Part shown: positions 18,614 through 27,646 of the stretch, piece by piece | How the letters are laid out: the number at the start of each line of letters is the position of its first letter | Numbering within the stretch: position 1 is the stretch's first letter | DNA from: a virus | Lineage: Duplodnaviria > Caudoviricetes | Virus record (IMG/VR): IMGVR_UViG_3300028888_000007 | Span: 21,502 to 85,501 of that record | Direction: 5' to 3' (one strand) | DNA length: 64,000 nt | Made by a program: the position numbers and the translations under genes | Notes under the pieces: model-generated | Seen by the model: the letters and a program-made list of their open reading frames with translations, nothing else | Told to the model about the DNA's origin: nothing | Databases searched by the model: none

Positions 18614-19576
18614 ATGCCACAACATTTTCAACTAAAAGCTAGTACGGATAGTGGTGATGTGATCGGGGAGTCACTAACCATGTTCGGTAATCAATTTTCT
18701 TTTAAGGTATTACCTATTAGTGTAAATAATGGTTTAACTAGTATACGTAATTCCATTGTACTTACTCACGGTGGGAAGGATTATACAATCTCTTTAAATC
18801 ATAAACCATCTAGTGGTGATTATATTGATCCAGAACCATCCATACCAAAATGGTCATACGTTGATGATCTATATAGCTCATTTACCTATAGCCCACGTAG
18901 CCTCACACCTGTTAGCGAAGAGTATGCAAAAAATTTTCAGTATGGTTATGTGTTTGTAGATTCTGGAGTGTACGATAACTATGGTAGTATATCCATAGAA
19001 AGCATAAATATCGGATATGCTTTTACAACTGAATCCATGGCTAATCAATCCTTGAAGAAGGGGTTATATGATAAATCTTTAAAACTCGATGAGTCATATG
19101 AAAAGATATGTAGGTTTAAAATGTTTTATAAACTACCTACTACTGATCCAATTACCGGAGATCAAGTTATTCCTACGGATGATGGTACTCCTGATAGTAA
19201 CAGACTTAGATTACCATGTAAAGTAGAATTTATAGCTCCAGACATACTAATAGACCCATTCATTGTATACCGTATAAAATCAACCATTAAAAAAACTGGA
19301 GAAATAATTGAGGCTAATTATGACGATTGGGATAGTTTTAGATTAAATTGGGATTTGTATAGATTAAATCCTGATTTCTCTGATGCTAAATTCTATGGCT
19401 ATATATATAGTGGAGTAAAAAGGAACTTTGAAAGTTCTTATGTTGGCCCATATACTTTGACTATACAGGAGGTAGCTCAGGAAGTGGACGGTGTACAAAG
19501 GGTATTCGGGGCAAAACCACTATATTTATATGTCGGCCAGTTAGAGGTTCGTACACCAAGTCGACACAATAATTAA
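18614..19576 (+). CDS. Hypothetical beta-rich virion-associated protein
   Basis: 320-aa ORF tightly packed between neck and terminator-like genes. Confidence 0.6.
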   Translation: MPQHFQLKASTDSGDVIGESLTMFGNQFSFKVLPISVNNGLTSIRNSIVLTHGGKDYTISLNHKPSSGDYIDPEPSIPKWSYVDDLYSSFTYSPRSLTPVSEEYAKNFQYGYVFVDSGVYDNYGSISIESINIGYAFTTESMANQSLKKGLYDKSLKLDESYEKICRFKMFYKLPTTDPITGDQVIPTDDGTPDSNRLRLPCKVEFIAPDILIDPFIVYRIKSTIKKTGEIIEANYDDWDSFRLNWDLYRLNPDFSDAKFYGYIYSGVKRNFESSYVGPYTLTIQEVAQEVDGVQRVFGAKPLYLYVGQLEVRTPSRHNN

Positions 19577-19580
19577 AGTT

Positions 19581-20297
19581 ATGGTAACAACTCAAGAAAT
19601 AATAGAGAGATCTCTATATGCTTCGCTAATGCAGGTAGCTCTACAACTCAATAGGACTATTGATCCAGATTTGTATCTACCTGTATCAGTTGAGAATCAG
19701 CGAATGTATAAAGAAGCTGTAGAAGCCATTGGAGATAAATTTATCTACATCTTTGGAGTTGGTAATAATCAAGTACGAGGTCCAAAGATTGTACCAAGAA
19801 TTACTATAGACTTGAATGCTTACTACCCAGGAAATATAGGTACTGAAGCATTTATGGTTGGTGAAGAAAAAGAAAATGAAGAGTACCGCCAGTATTCATA
19901 CCCTTTTGAAACTAAGGATGTTCAGTTTGACATTCATCTAGTGGCAAGCAGAGTGGAAGACTTACGGTTACTACATGGTATACTATATACTGCTTTACCT
20001 GTACGGGGTTATATAAAACCATTCTTAGAGGCAAGTTTGCAAGAGTATCTAGAGCATAATGGACTTGCAAAGACTGGTAACTTATATATAGAAGTTTCTA
20101 ATTACTATGATCATAATGATCAGGAACATGGTTTGTTAGAGAAAGTTTATTCTTATACTGTGGTCGATAGTTATATTGAGGAGAACTTCCCAGAAGGTGC
20201 TACATTTGCTCCTATCAAAGATATTAGAGCTCTTATTCAACTTGAGGGCCCAGAAGATACTTTAACTAATGACTCAGTATCTTTACATGTTCAGTAG
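19581..20297 (+). CDS. Tail terminator-like protein
   Basis: Immediately upstream of the sheath; PRITID..QFDIHLVA beta pattern. Confidence 0.55.
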   Translation: MVTTQEIIERSLYASLMQVALQLNRTIDPDLYLPVSVENQRMYKEAVEAIGDKFIYIFGVGNNQVRGPKIVPRITIDLNAYYPGNIGTEAFMVGEEKENEEYRQYSYPFETKDVQFDIHLVASRVEDLRLLHGILYTALPVRGYIKPFLEASLQEYLEHNGLAKTGNLYIEVSNYYDHNDQEHGLLEKVYSYTVVDSYIEENFPEGATFAPIKDIRALIQLEGPEDTLTNDSVSLHVQ

Positions 20298-20303
20298 TGA
20301 TTA

Positions 20304-20314
20304 ACGATACTCTA
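20304..20314 (+). promoter_or_regulatory. Candidate late-promoter motif ACGATACTCTA (copy 2)
   Basis: Intergenic; identical to 5999-6009 with the same 52-nt distance to an ATG. Confidence 0.45.
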
Positions 20315-20365
20315 GTTACATAACATAAAGGATTTTAATAACACTTTAATAAACACAAGTAGATT

Positions 20366-22177
20366 ATGCCAAATTCACCTAAGGTTAGCTTCAACTTGAT
20401 TAACAATAATCTAGAAGCTACAAAACCTCTCAATGGGGTTTCTTGCATGTTGGCCCGTACTACTAGTGGACCGGTTGGACTTGGTGAAACACTAATTAAC
20501 TCGGTTACTAAATTCCGTAGTATTTATGGGTCTGAAATTGTTCCCGATGGTAGCCCCTCTAACATTGAGAAGGCACTTAAGGGTGGTTCTAAACTTCGTA
20601 TCATCAGAGTAATTGGTTCAGGTGCTACAGAAAACTTCGTTGCTACCACAGCTAATGCTCAGGCTCCAGATACGATTTTCAATATCTCTTTAAAGGATGG
20701 TTCTATTGGAGAAACTGCACAAGTACTCCAGTTTGCTTTCAAAGCAAAGAATAATCCTGCAGAATTTAAGGGTAAGAATCCTCTGATAAAAGTTCAGACT
20801 GATGCCAATGGTAATATCTTTGTTATTACTTACGAGGGTAACACTGTATTCGAAAAGGCTCTGCTCTTGAACATTAATAAAACAACCTCTACTGTTGGAG
20901 GTAATACAGTAAACTATCTTTCAATTGATACCAGTGCACTAAATACCTTCATTCAGTCAAATCGTTACTGGGATATTTATTGGATGTCTTCTTCTACCAT
21001 GTTTACTAATTTGGGAGTTCCTACTTCTCTTACAAAGGGTGGAGATTTTATGGTGAACTTACTGAAGGATAATCTGGATGGTCTTAACATGGCTGGAGAA
21101 GATCCTATGGTTGTAACTGTTAATCAGAAAGCTGCAGCTACTTCAGTAATGCTCACTGTTGCTACTACTGGTATTACAGTTGGTACCGGTAATCCAATGG
21201 AAGCTTTTGTAATTGCTGGTAATCCTGGATCTACTCCTACAGCTCAACAGTGGGAAGATGCTGCAGAATCTATTCGTGATCTGCAGGAAATTTACGAGGT
21301 CTCTTGCTCTCACCTTAATCAGCATCTTTCTAGTGCTGATGAGCTTCAGGTTCATACTTATATTGGTAACATGGCTAATGAAATGGAAGAGTTCCAGTAC
21401 TTCGTAGAGATTCCAGTTACAGAGGCTACAACTAAGGCTCAGCTTATTACACTGGCTAATCAGTACGAAGGTGCTATAGGTAAATCCAAGTGGATTTGCT
21501 ATTTCACTGCAGGTATTAAGTATTACAGTGAGAATGGTAACTTGGTTGCTTCTAGTGTAATGGGTACTGTACATGGCCTTGCAGATGCTTGTGCATCTAA
21601 CTATGGACCTTACCGTTCATTTGCTGGTATGAATCGTGGAGTTATTCCTAATGGCAATGGTCCTGTAGTTGCTAACTTCGGTTCTCCATCTCGTTATGAC
21701 GATCTCAATGAACTGGCTGAGCATTGCTTGAATATGATTGTCCTAAAGCAGACTCGTACTTCTGGTTTGGCAACTGTACTATGGCATTCATTTACTTCTC
21801 AGGTTCGTCAGGATAGTTTCCGCTACATTCATGCAGTTCGTTTGGCCCTGTATATCAAGAAGCAGATTCGTCCTATCCTTGAGTCATACATTGAGGAGCC
21901 TAACATGTGGAACTCTTGGAAGCGTATCTATCTGGAGGCTAAGCCTATTATGGATGGTCTGGTAACAGATGATGCTATTACCGAGTATACTTGGGATGGT
22001 GACCAGGATGCTACATCTTGGGATGAGCTCACAGTAAACAACGAGGCAGATGCCCGTAACGGTAAGTACCAGCTTAACATTAAAGTTAAGGACGTAGCTA
22101 CTATGCAGGATATCAATGTTAACCTGATATATGATCAGGCTTCTAACACGATGTCTTCTTCTATCACTACAGTATAA
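20366..22177 (+). CDS. Contractile tail sheath protein
   Basis: MPNSPKVSF N-terminus, CMLARTTSGP, C-terminal FRYIHAVRLALYI..FEPN-like EEPN; 603 aa; precedes the tube gene. Confidence 0.9.
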   Translation: MPNSPKVSFNLINNNLEATKPLNGVSCMLARTTSGPVGLGETLINSVTKFRSIYGSEIVPDGSPSNIEKALKGGSKLRIIRVIGSGATENFVATTANAQAPDTIFNISLKDGSIGETAQVLQFAFKAKNNPAEFKGKNPLIKVQTDANGNIFVITYEGNTVFEKALLLNINKTTSTVGGNTVNYLSIDTSALNTFIQSNRYWDIYWMSSSTMFTNLGVPTSLTKGGDFMVNLLKDNLDGLNMAGEDPMVVTVNQKAAATSVMLTVATTGITVGTGNPMEAFVIAGNPGSTPTAQQWEDAAESIRDLQEIYEVSCSHLNQHLSSADELQVHTYIGNMANEMEEFQYFVEIPVTEATTKAQLITLANQYEGAIGKSKWICYFTAGIKYYSENGNLVASSVMGTVHGLADACASNYGPYRSFAGMNRGVIPNGNGPVVANFGSPSRYDDLNELAEHCLNMIVLKQTRTSGLATVLWHSFTSQVRQDSFRYIHAVRLALYIKKQIRPILESYIEEPNMWNSWKRIYLEAKPIMDGLVTDDAITEYTWDGDQDATSWDELTVNNEADARNGKYQLNIKVKDVATMQDINVNLIYDQASNTMSSSITTV

Positions 22178-22197
22178 TTCTTTAATAACTAAAAGAT

Positions 22198-22665
22198 ATG
22201 GCAACAGCAAAAGTAAAAAACCCTAGAAAGACTTTCCTCTTTTCTATCACTTTTGCCAAACACCCAGTCAATAGCTACCTTTGTCAGAAAGCAACTGTAC
22301 CCGATATAGAAATCGAGGAAGTTACTCATGGCGATATTAACCGGGACGTTAAGACTGCAGGTCGTGTAAAGATTGGCGATTTGATAGTAGAGAAGCTTCT
22401 TACAACTTCTGGCTCTGACACTTGGGCTCACGATTGGCTCATGGCTTGCCAGGATCACCTTGCTGGTGGAGGCCTTGTTCCTTCAGAGTATTGGGAAACC
22501 ATGACTGTAAACGAACTGGCTGAAGATGGCAAATCAGTACTCAACACTTGGCTTCTTGATGAGGTATGGCCAAAGAAGATTGAAGGTATTGAATTTGACC
22601 GTACTACATCTGAGAATTCTATCGAGCATATCGAATTTTCGGTAGGTACTTGCGATAAGATTTAA
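22198..22665 (+). CDS. Tail tube protein (T4 gp19-like)
   Basis: TAGRVKIGDLIVEK, WLLDEVWPKKIEGIEFD..NSIEHIEF. Confidence 0.9.
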   Translation: MATAKVKNPRKTFLFSITFAKHPVNSYLCQKATVPDIEIEEVTHGDINRDVKTAGRVKIGDLIVEKLLTTSGSDTWAHDWLMACQDHLAGGGLVPSEYWETMTVNELAEDGKSVLNTWLLDEVWPKKIEGIEFDRTTSENSIEHIEFSVGTCDKI

Positions 22666-22689
22666 CAGACACACTCTAGTTTAGGTGGA

Positions 22690-22737
22690 GGGGCTAGTTC
22701 TGGGAGAGATCCTAGTTCTGGCCCCATTTTTGTTTTT
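22690..22737 (+). terminator. Intrinsic terminator after the tube gene
   Basis: GGGGCTAG / CTGGCCCC outer stem, CTGGGA-GAGA-TCCTAG inner stem, T tract. Confidence 0.75.
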
Positions 22738-22762
22738 ATTTACAACTTAAAGGTTAAACATT

Positions 22763-23569
22763 ATGGAAATTCAATTAAGGAAGATGGCCTTCACGTTGCC
22801 TTCAGGTTATTCCTGTGAAATTCGTGAACAGAACGGAGAGGATGAAGAAGTACTTTCTAATCCTGCAAACATTAAAAACTTTATGAATATTAATGAGTTT
22901 ATTGCAGGAATAGTAACTCATACCGATTTTACTGCCTCAGGCAAACTTCTAGTGCAAGATGTAATGAAACTTCCATTACTAGACAGAGCAGTAATTTTGA
23001 TTAATTCTAGAATCTTCTCTCTAGGTGAGGAACTGGAGTTTAATTATAAGTGGCCAAGACGTGAAGGTTCTAAGGATCCGGCTGAGTTTACTTATACTCA
23101 AAATCTTAAGGATTATGTCTTTGAGGACTATGGTGTTAAGCCAACCGAAGAAGAACTCAAGGCTAAGCCTGATGCAGTACCTTATTACCCTCTTGAGGAG
23201 GATAAAGATAATCCAGGAAAAGTTAAGCTTACCGATCATAAGTTCACATTATCTTCAGGTAAGGAGATTATGTGGGATGTGGCTACTGTTGAATCAGAGC
23301 AGTATCTTATGAAGCTTGGTATGGACAACATTTCTCGTAATAAGGATTTGATTGCCCGTAACCTTCGTCTTAATGTAGATGGTAATTGGGAAAAGGTACA
23401 GAACTTCAAACTCTTCTCAGTTAGAGACATGGCTGAGATGAGAAGAGAAATTCTAGCTTCTGATCCCTCATTCACTGGAAATACTGAAATAGAAGATCCT
23501 ATAACTAATGAGAAAGTTCAGGTATCTGTTTTGGCAGTACCTACTTTTTTCTACCTGACGGAAGTATAA
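22763..23569 (+). CDS. Tail assembly chaperone
   Basis: Between tube and tape measure; internally duplicated LPSG/LSSG..RE domain; ends with a slippery site. Confidence 0.8.
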   Translation: MEIQLRKMAFTLPSGYSCEIREQNGEDEEVLSNPANIKNFMNINEFIAGIVTHTDFTASGKLLVQDVMKLPLLDRAVILINSRIFSLGEELEFNYKWPRREGSKDPAEFTYTQNLKDYVFEDYGVKPTEEELKAKPDAVPYYPLEEDKDNPGKVKLTDHKFTLSSGKEIMWDVATVESEQYLMKLGMDNISRNKDLIARNLRLNVDGNWEKVQNFKLFSVRDMAEMRREILASDPSFTGNTEIEDPITNEKVQVSVLAVPTFFYLTEV

Positions 23570-23718
23570 GTAGTGAATACAAGTTTGTTTTCATTACTAG
23601 GGCTGAGATAAACCTGGACTATCTCACTTACCTTAAACTTCCGTATAGGTCCAGGAAGATCTTTTACGATCTAGCTGACGAGTATCATAAGAAGTTAAAA
23701 GAAATGAAGAAGACATGA
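23545..23718 (+). CDS. -1 frameshift extension of the tail chaperone (G-T type)
   Basis: T-TTT-TTC heptamer in frame at 23545-23551; the -1 frame is open for 57 codons (..LPDGSISSEYKFVFITRAEINLDYLTYLKLPYRSRKIFY..) to TGA 23716-18, overlapping the tape-measure ATG. Confidence 0.85.
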   Translation, partial: FFLPDGSISSEYKFVFITRAEINLDYLTYLKLPYRSRKIFYDLADEYHKKLKEMKKT

Positions 23719-25712
23719 TAGGTATGAACTCTGGTCAAACCATGGTATCTGTAGGAGTTGCTATGGTTCTCCAAGACCAGTTTACCAATCAGGCCAATAA
23801 TATTGGAAAAGCTTACCGGGATATGATGGAAGAAATCTATCAATCATCTCAAGCATCTCGAGGCCTTACTGAACTAGTTTGGTCAAGAGGTGCTTCCGGT
23901 TTAGCTTTATCTACTATGGGTGGACTGATAGACTCCTACCAGTATATGGCACAGGCTGAGAATGAACTGTTCTTGGTCCAGAAAATGACTAATGCCACTT
24001 TAGAGGAACGAAAGGATATTATGGATAAGATCCAGGAAGTAAACCTTAAGACTCCTCTTAAAACTGAAGATCTAGCTTCAGCTTCAAAGTTCATGGCTAT
24101 GGCTGGTAATACTCCAAAAGGTATTCAGGGTATGTTAGAGCCTGTAGCAGAATTGGCTAGTATCTTCGGTATGAATCCAGGTGGTAAGGGAGGTGTAGCT
24201 GACTTGTTCACCAACATCTCTATGATGTTTGGTAGGAATATTGAGGATGTAGACGAAGCTTTTAACGTAGCTAATGAAATCTATGCTACTGTTACAAGGT
24301 CTAATACTAACCTTCAGGATTTGGCCCAGGCAATTACCTACTCAGGTTCTGAAATGAGAAGAGCAGGATATGGTCTTAGAGAAACTGCTGCTAGTATTGG
24401 TGCTATGGGTAACTATGGTATTCAAGGTAGTGCAGCTGGTACTGCTCTAGCTAACATGATGCGTTATATACAGTTATCTGCCGCTGGTCAGAAAGCTAAA
24501 GGAGCAGATATGCTTAAGGCTGTAGGTATAGATGCAAAGTCTCTAATGGATTCTGAGGGTCACCTCATATCATTGAATGATATTTACCATAAGATGTATG
24601 AGGCAACTAAAGATCTGGATACTTTCTCAAAGAACCAATTCTTCTATAACGTATTTGGAGTTCGTGGTACTCGTGAAATTGCTGCAATGGTTCAGATGAT
24701 CGAGGATGCTGCAGGAGGAGCTTCTAAGTATGAGCAGTTGATGCAAGAAATGAGCAATGCTTCTGCTAACAATTTGGTTAAAGAAACTACTGAGCAACGC
24801 TTAAATACTGCCCAAGGTCAACTTGATATGATGGCTTCACAATTAGATATGTTGAGGTATAATATCGGTAAGGCTTTAGAGAAGCCATTTGGTAATGTAT
24901 TAGGTGTACTGAACTCTATACTTGGTTTTATTAATGAGATTAGTAAGACTGGTTTAGGTGGAGCTGCAGTAAGAGCAGTTGCTATTGGTACTGCTTTACA
25001 ATTGGCTATCAGAGGTTTAGTAGCAATACGAGGACTCATCAGGTTAGCTTCTACTGGACTATCACAGATGACTGCAGCTGGTGCTGCAATGAGTAGAGGT
25101 CCTGCTGCAGCTAATACTCAGTTCGTACTCATGGAAGGCCATCTTCGTACTCTCATAGTTCTTATGGGTGAGTATATGGCTATGAATAATATGATTCCAA
25201 GAGGTGGTATAGCTACTCCTTATGGAACTGTATTTGCTCAAGGAGGTAGAGCTAGGATTACTAATACTGCTGCTGGAGTTCGTGGTATGAGTCTTAATAA
25301 TGGTATGAATGCTATGGCTGGAGCTGCTATGGGAGCTGCTGCTGCAAGAACAGCTGGAGCTGCTGCTGGAGCTAAAGTTGCTACTGGTGTAGTTTCTAGG
25401 GCTTTGGGATTCTTAGGTGGTCCTTGGGGTATAGCTATTACTATGGGCTTACCATTTATCATAGATCTACTTAGTAGTAGTAATGACGAGAATCGTAAGC
25501 AGACTGAACTATTGGAGGAATCTCTAAGTGCCAGTGAGATGAGGAACTTGGAGGATGAAGCTCTTATTAATGCTTTACGAGCTGCTTGTAAGGATGGTAT
25601 TATGGAAGGTGTTAGCAATGCTAAACCAGTACCTGTTGAGGTATCTCCTGTAGAGGTTACAGTTAATGGTAACTATAGTAGTGTTTCAAATGATTATAAT
25701 ATTTGGGAATAA
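23715..25712 (+). CDS. Tail tape measure protein
   Basis: TP901-type core (LAQAITYSG..GIQGSAAGTALANMM), Ala/Gly-rich and hydrophobic C-terminal segments. Confidence 0.92.
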   Translation: MIGMNSGQTMVSVGVAMVLQDQFTNQANNIGKAYRDMMEEIYQSSQASRGLTELVWSRGASGLALSTMGGLIDSYQYMAQAENELFLVQKMTNATLEERKDIMDKIQEVNLKTPLKTEDLASASKFMAMAGNTPKGIQGMLEPVAELASIFGMNPGGKGGVADLFTNISMMFGRNIEDVDEAFNVANEIYATVTRSNTNLQDLAQAITYSGSEMRRAGYGLRETAASIGAMGNYGIQGSAAGTALANMMRYIQLSAAGQKAKGADMLKAVGIDAKSLMDSEGHLISLNDIYHKMYEATKDLDTFSKNQFFYNVFGVRGTREIAAMVQMIEDAAGGASKYEQLMQEMSNASANNLVKETTEQRLNTAQGQLDMMASQLDMLRYNIGKALEKPFGNVLGVLNSILGFINEISKTGLGGAAVRAVAIGTALQLAIRGLVAIRGLIRLASTGLSQMTAAGAAMSRGPAAANTQFVLMEGHLRTLIVLMGEYMAMNNMIPRGGIATPYGTVFAQGGRARITNTAAGVRGMSLNNGMNAMAGAAMGAAAARTAGAAAGAKVATGVVSRALGFLGGPWGIAITMGLPFIIDLLSSSNDENRKQTELLEESLSASEMRNLEDEALINALRAACKDGIMEGVSNAKPVPVEVSPVEVTVNGNYSSVSNDYNIWE

Positions 25713-26878
25713 TGGCTTCTTTGAAATCGAATACATATGAACTTAGAGAACAGCTATATGATAGGCAAGGTAATAAATCTAGGTTACAAAGTGCAAACTG
25801 GAAGAATCCTGTTAATGCTATAGGTACTACAGTAACAGGAGTATTTTCAGATTTGTCTCAAAGCTTTATTGAGAAGAATGGAGGCTTAACTTCTGGAGAT
25901 ATTAATAAAGTTTGGAGGCTTAAGATATTAGCTGACCGGTTAGGTGGACCTGCTACTGGTAGAGTGCTAGGATTATCAAGAGATGATGCTGCTACTGGTA
26001 AAAGTAATATACCTAATAAAGGTAAGTTAGTAAGAGGTAAGGGAGATTTATATAGAGGTCAGCCAACTACTAAGCTAAATGAATTAGAACATAAGAGAGT
26101 TCAAGATAAGAACTTTAAGATCCCAAGACCTATTGGTGGAGAGGAGGGAGATCATTATGAAAGCTTACCTATAGATCAACCTGATACTAAGACCTTCAAG
26201 GTATCAAGAACTTCTAAGGATAGGAAAGATGTATCTCAGCAGGCAAGTAATCATAGGAGAAATGAGATAATCATTTTCAACATGAACAGTACTGATAATG
26301 GTTATCAATATATAACTCTTCAGAATAGGCCTCCTGAACTCGAGTTTCAAGGTGAAACTGCTTGGGCTACTATTAAGTCTTTCGGTAGGAATGTACCTAT
26401 GTACCATTTTACTGGAGCTGAGGATAAGATACAACTTCAAATCTCTTGGTTCTGTAATGATCCTGAAAGGCCTTGGGAAGTTATTCAGAAATGCCGATTA
26501 CTTGAGGCTTGGTCTAAAGCTGACGGTTATTATGCTGGCCCACCTATCTTACAGATAGACTGGGGTGGTTCTGGGTTATTCTCTAACGCCTTATTCATAC
26601 TTACTTCTGCTAACTATATCCTTAAGAATTTCAGGGATGGTTATATAGATCGTAGGTTAGAGAAACCTGAGTGGGTAGATGGTAAACTATATCCTATGGC
26701 AGCTACTCAAGAGCTTGTATTTAATCGGGTAAGTGGTACTAACCTGTTACACTCTTCTATCTATGATCCAAGTAAGTTAGAAGGTTTGTCTGGAGTTGGT
26801 TATTTGAGTGCTGCTCCAAATGATATAAAACAAACTAATGTTCAAGATGAGAATTCACTATGGCAGTCAGAGTCTTAG
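25703..26878 (+). CDS. Tube-initiator / baseplate-proximal protein
   Basis: Follows TMP; PPELEF..GRNVPMYHFTG..PPILQIDWG resemble tube-fold baseplate proteins. Confidence 0.6.
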   Translation: MGIMASLKSNTYELREQLYDRQGNKSRLQSANWKNPVNAIGTTVTGVFSDLSQSFIEKNGGLTSGDINKVWRLKILADRLGGPATGRVLGLSRDDAATGKSNIPNKGKLVRGKGDLYRGQPTTKLNELEHKRVQDKNFKIPRPIGGEEGDHYESLPIDQPDTKTFKVSRTSKDRKDVSQQASNHRRNEIIIFNMNSTDNGYQYITLQNRPPELEFQGETAWATIKSFGRNVPMYHFTGAEDKIQLQISWFCNDPERPWEVIQKCRLLEAWSKADGYYAGPPILQIDWGGSGLFSNALFILTSANYILKNFRDGYIDRRLEKPEWVDGKLYPMAATQELVFNRVSGTNLLHSSIYDPSKLEGLSGVGYLSAAPNDIKQTNVQDENSLWQSES

Positions 26879-27129
26879 CAAGTCCTTATGATAGTGCTAA
26901 AATCATAGACTATCCTGATGGTAGTTATTCAGTAGAACCTACAGGTTTGGATGGAGCTATAATAACTACTTCAGTATATACTGTAAAAGAAGGAGATACA
27001 CTTCAGGGTATAGCTCATGCTTTATATGGTGATTCAGGTCTGTGGTATGTACTAGCAGAGGCTAACAATATACAGAATCCGTTTGATATAAAAGAGTTCT
27101 ATGCTGGTCAAATTCTAAACGTTCCTTGA
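26860..27129 (+). CDS. LysM-domain baseplate protein (P2 gpX-like)
   Basis: YTVKEGDTLQGIAHALYGDSGLWYVLAEANNIQNP..GQILNVP. Confidence 0.9.
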   Translation: MAVRVLASPYDSAKIIDYPDGSYSVEPTGLDGAIITTSVYTVKEGDTLQGIAHALYGDSGLWYVLAEANNIQNPFDIKEFYAGQILNVP

Positions 27130-27130
27130 T

Positions 27131-27646
27131 ATGGCAAAGTTGCAAATGTCAGAGATGCCCAGCATCTTACAACACGGTACAGCTACTCCTTACCTTGCAA
27201 TATTCGATGGGCAAGGTAATCCATTTAGGCACCCTATTTCAGGGGTGCCTCTTGGAGCGTATATAAGTAAATTCTCTTACAAGTTTGATCCAAAAAAGAA
27301 CAATGAATGTACTATTACTTTTGATTGTGGAGATCCAGATGTAGTAGGAGAGGATGTTTTTAAGGAGAACTCTAAGATAATGGTACAATGGGGTTATATC
27401 TATAGCGACAACAGTTCTATTTCAAGTGACCCAGTTGTATTATATATTAGGGATTACAATGTAGAATTCGATGATTCAGGAGTTCATTCTTCATTAATAT
27501 GCCTTGATATCAAAGAGGAAATAAGAAAACAATTCCCTGTGAAACCTAATGGAGATGAACAAAGAACTCTAGATAAGTACCTAGAAAACGGGTGCGATGA
27601 TGATATTCCTGTTATAATAGAAAGATTTGATACTAACGATGATTGA
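27131..27646 (+). CDS. Baseplate hub, N-terminal part (late control D-like)
   Basis: ECTITFD..VQWGY..YIRDYNVEF hub beta-barrel pattern; position after LysM gene. Confidence 0.6.
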   Translation: MAKLQMSEMPSILQHGTATPYLAIFDGQGNPFRHPISGVPLGAYISKFSYKFDPKKNNECTITFDCGDPDVVGEDVFKENSKIMVQWGYIYSDNSSISSDPVVLYIRDYNVEFDDSGVHSSLICLDIKEEIRKQFPVKPNGDEQRTLDKYLENGCDDDIPVIIERFDTNDD

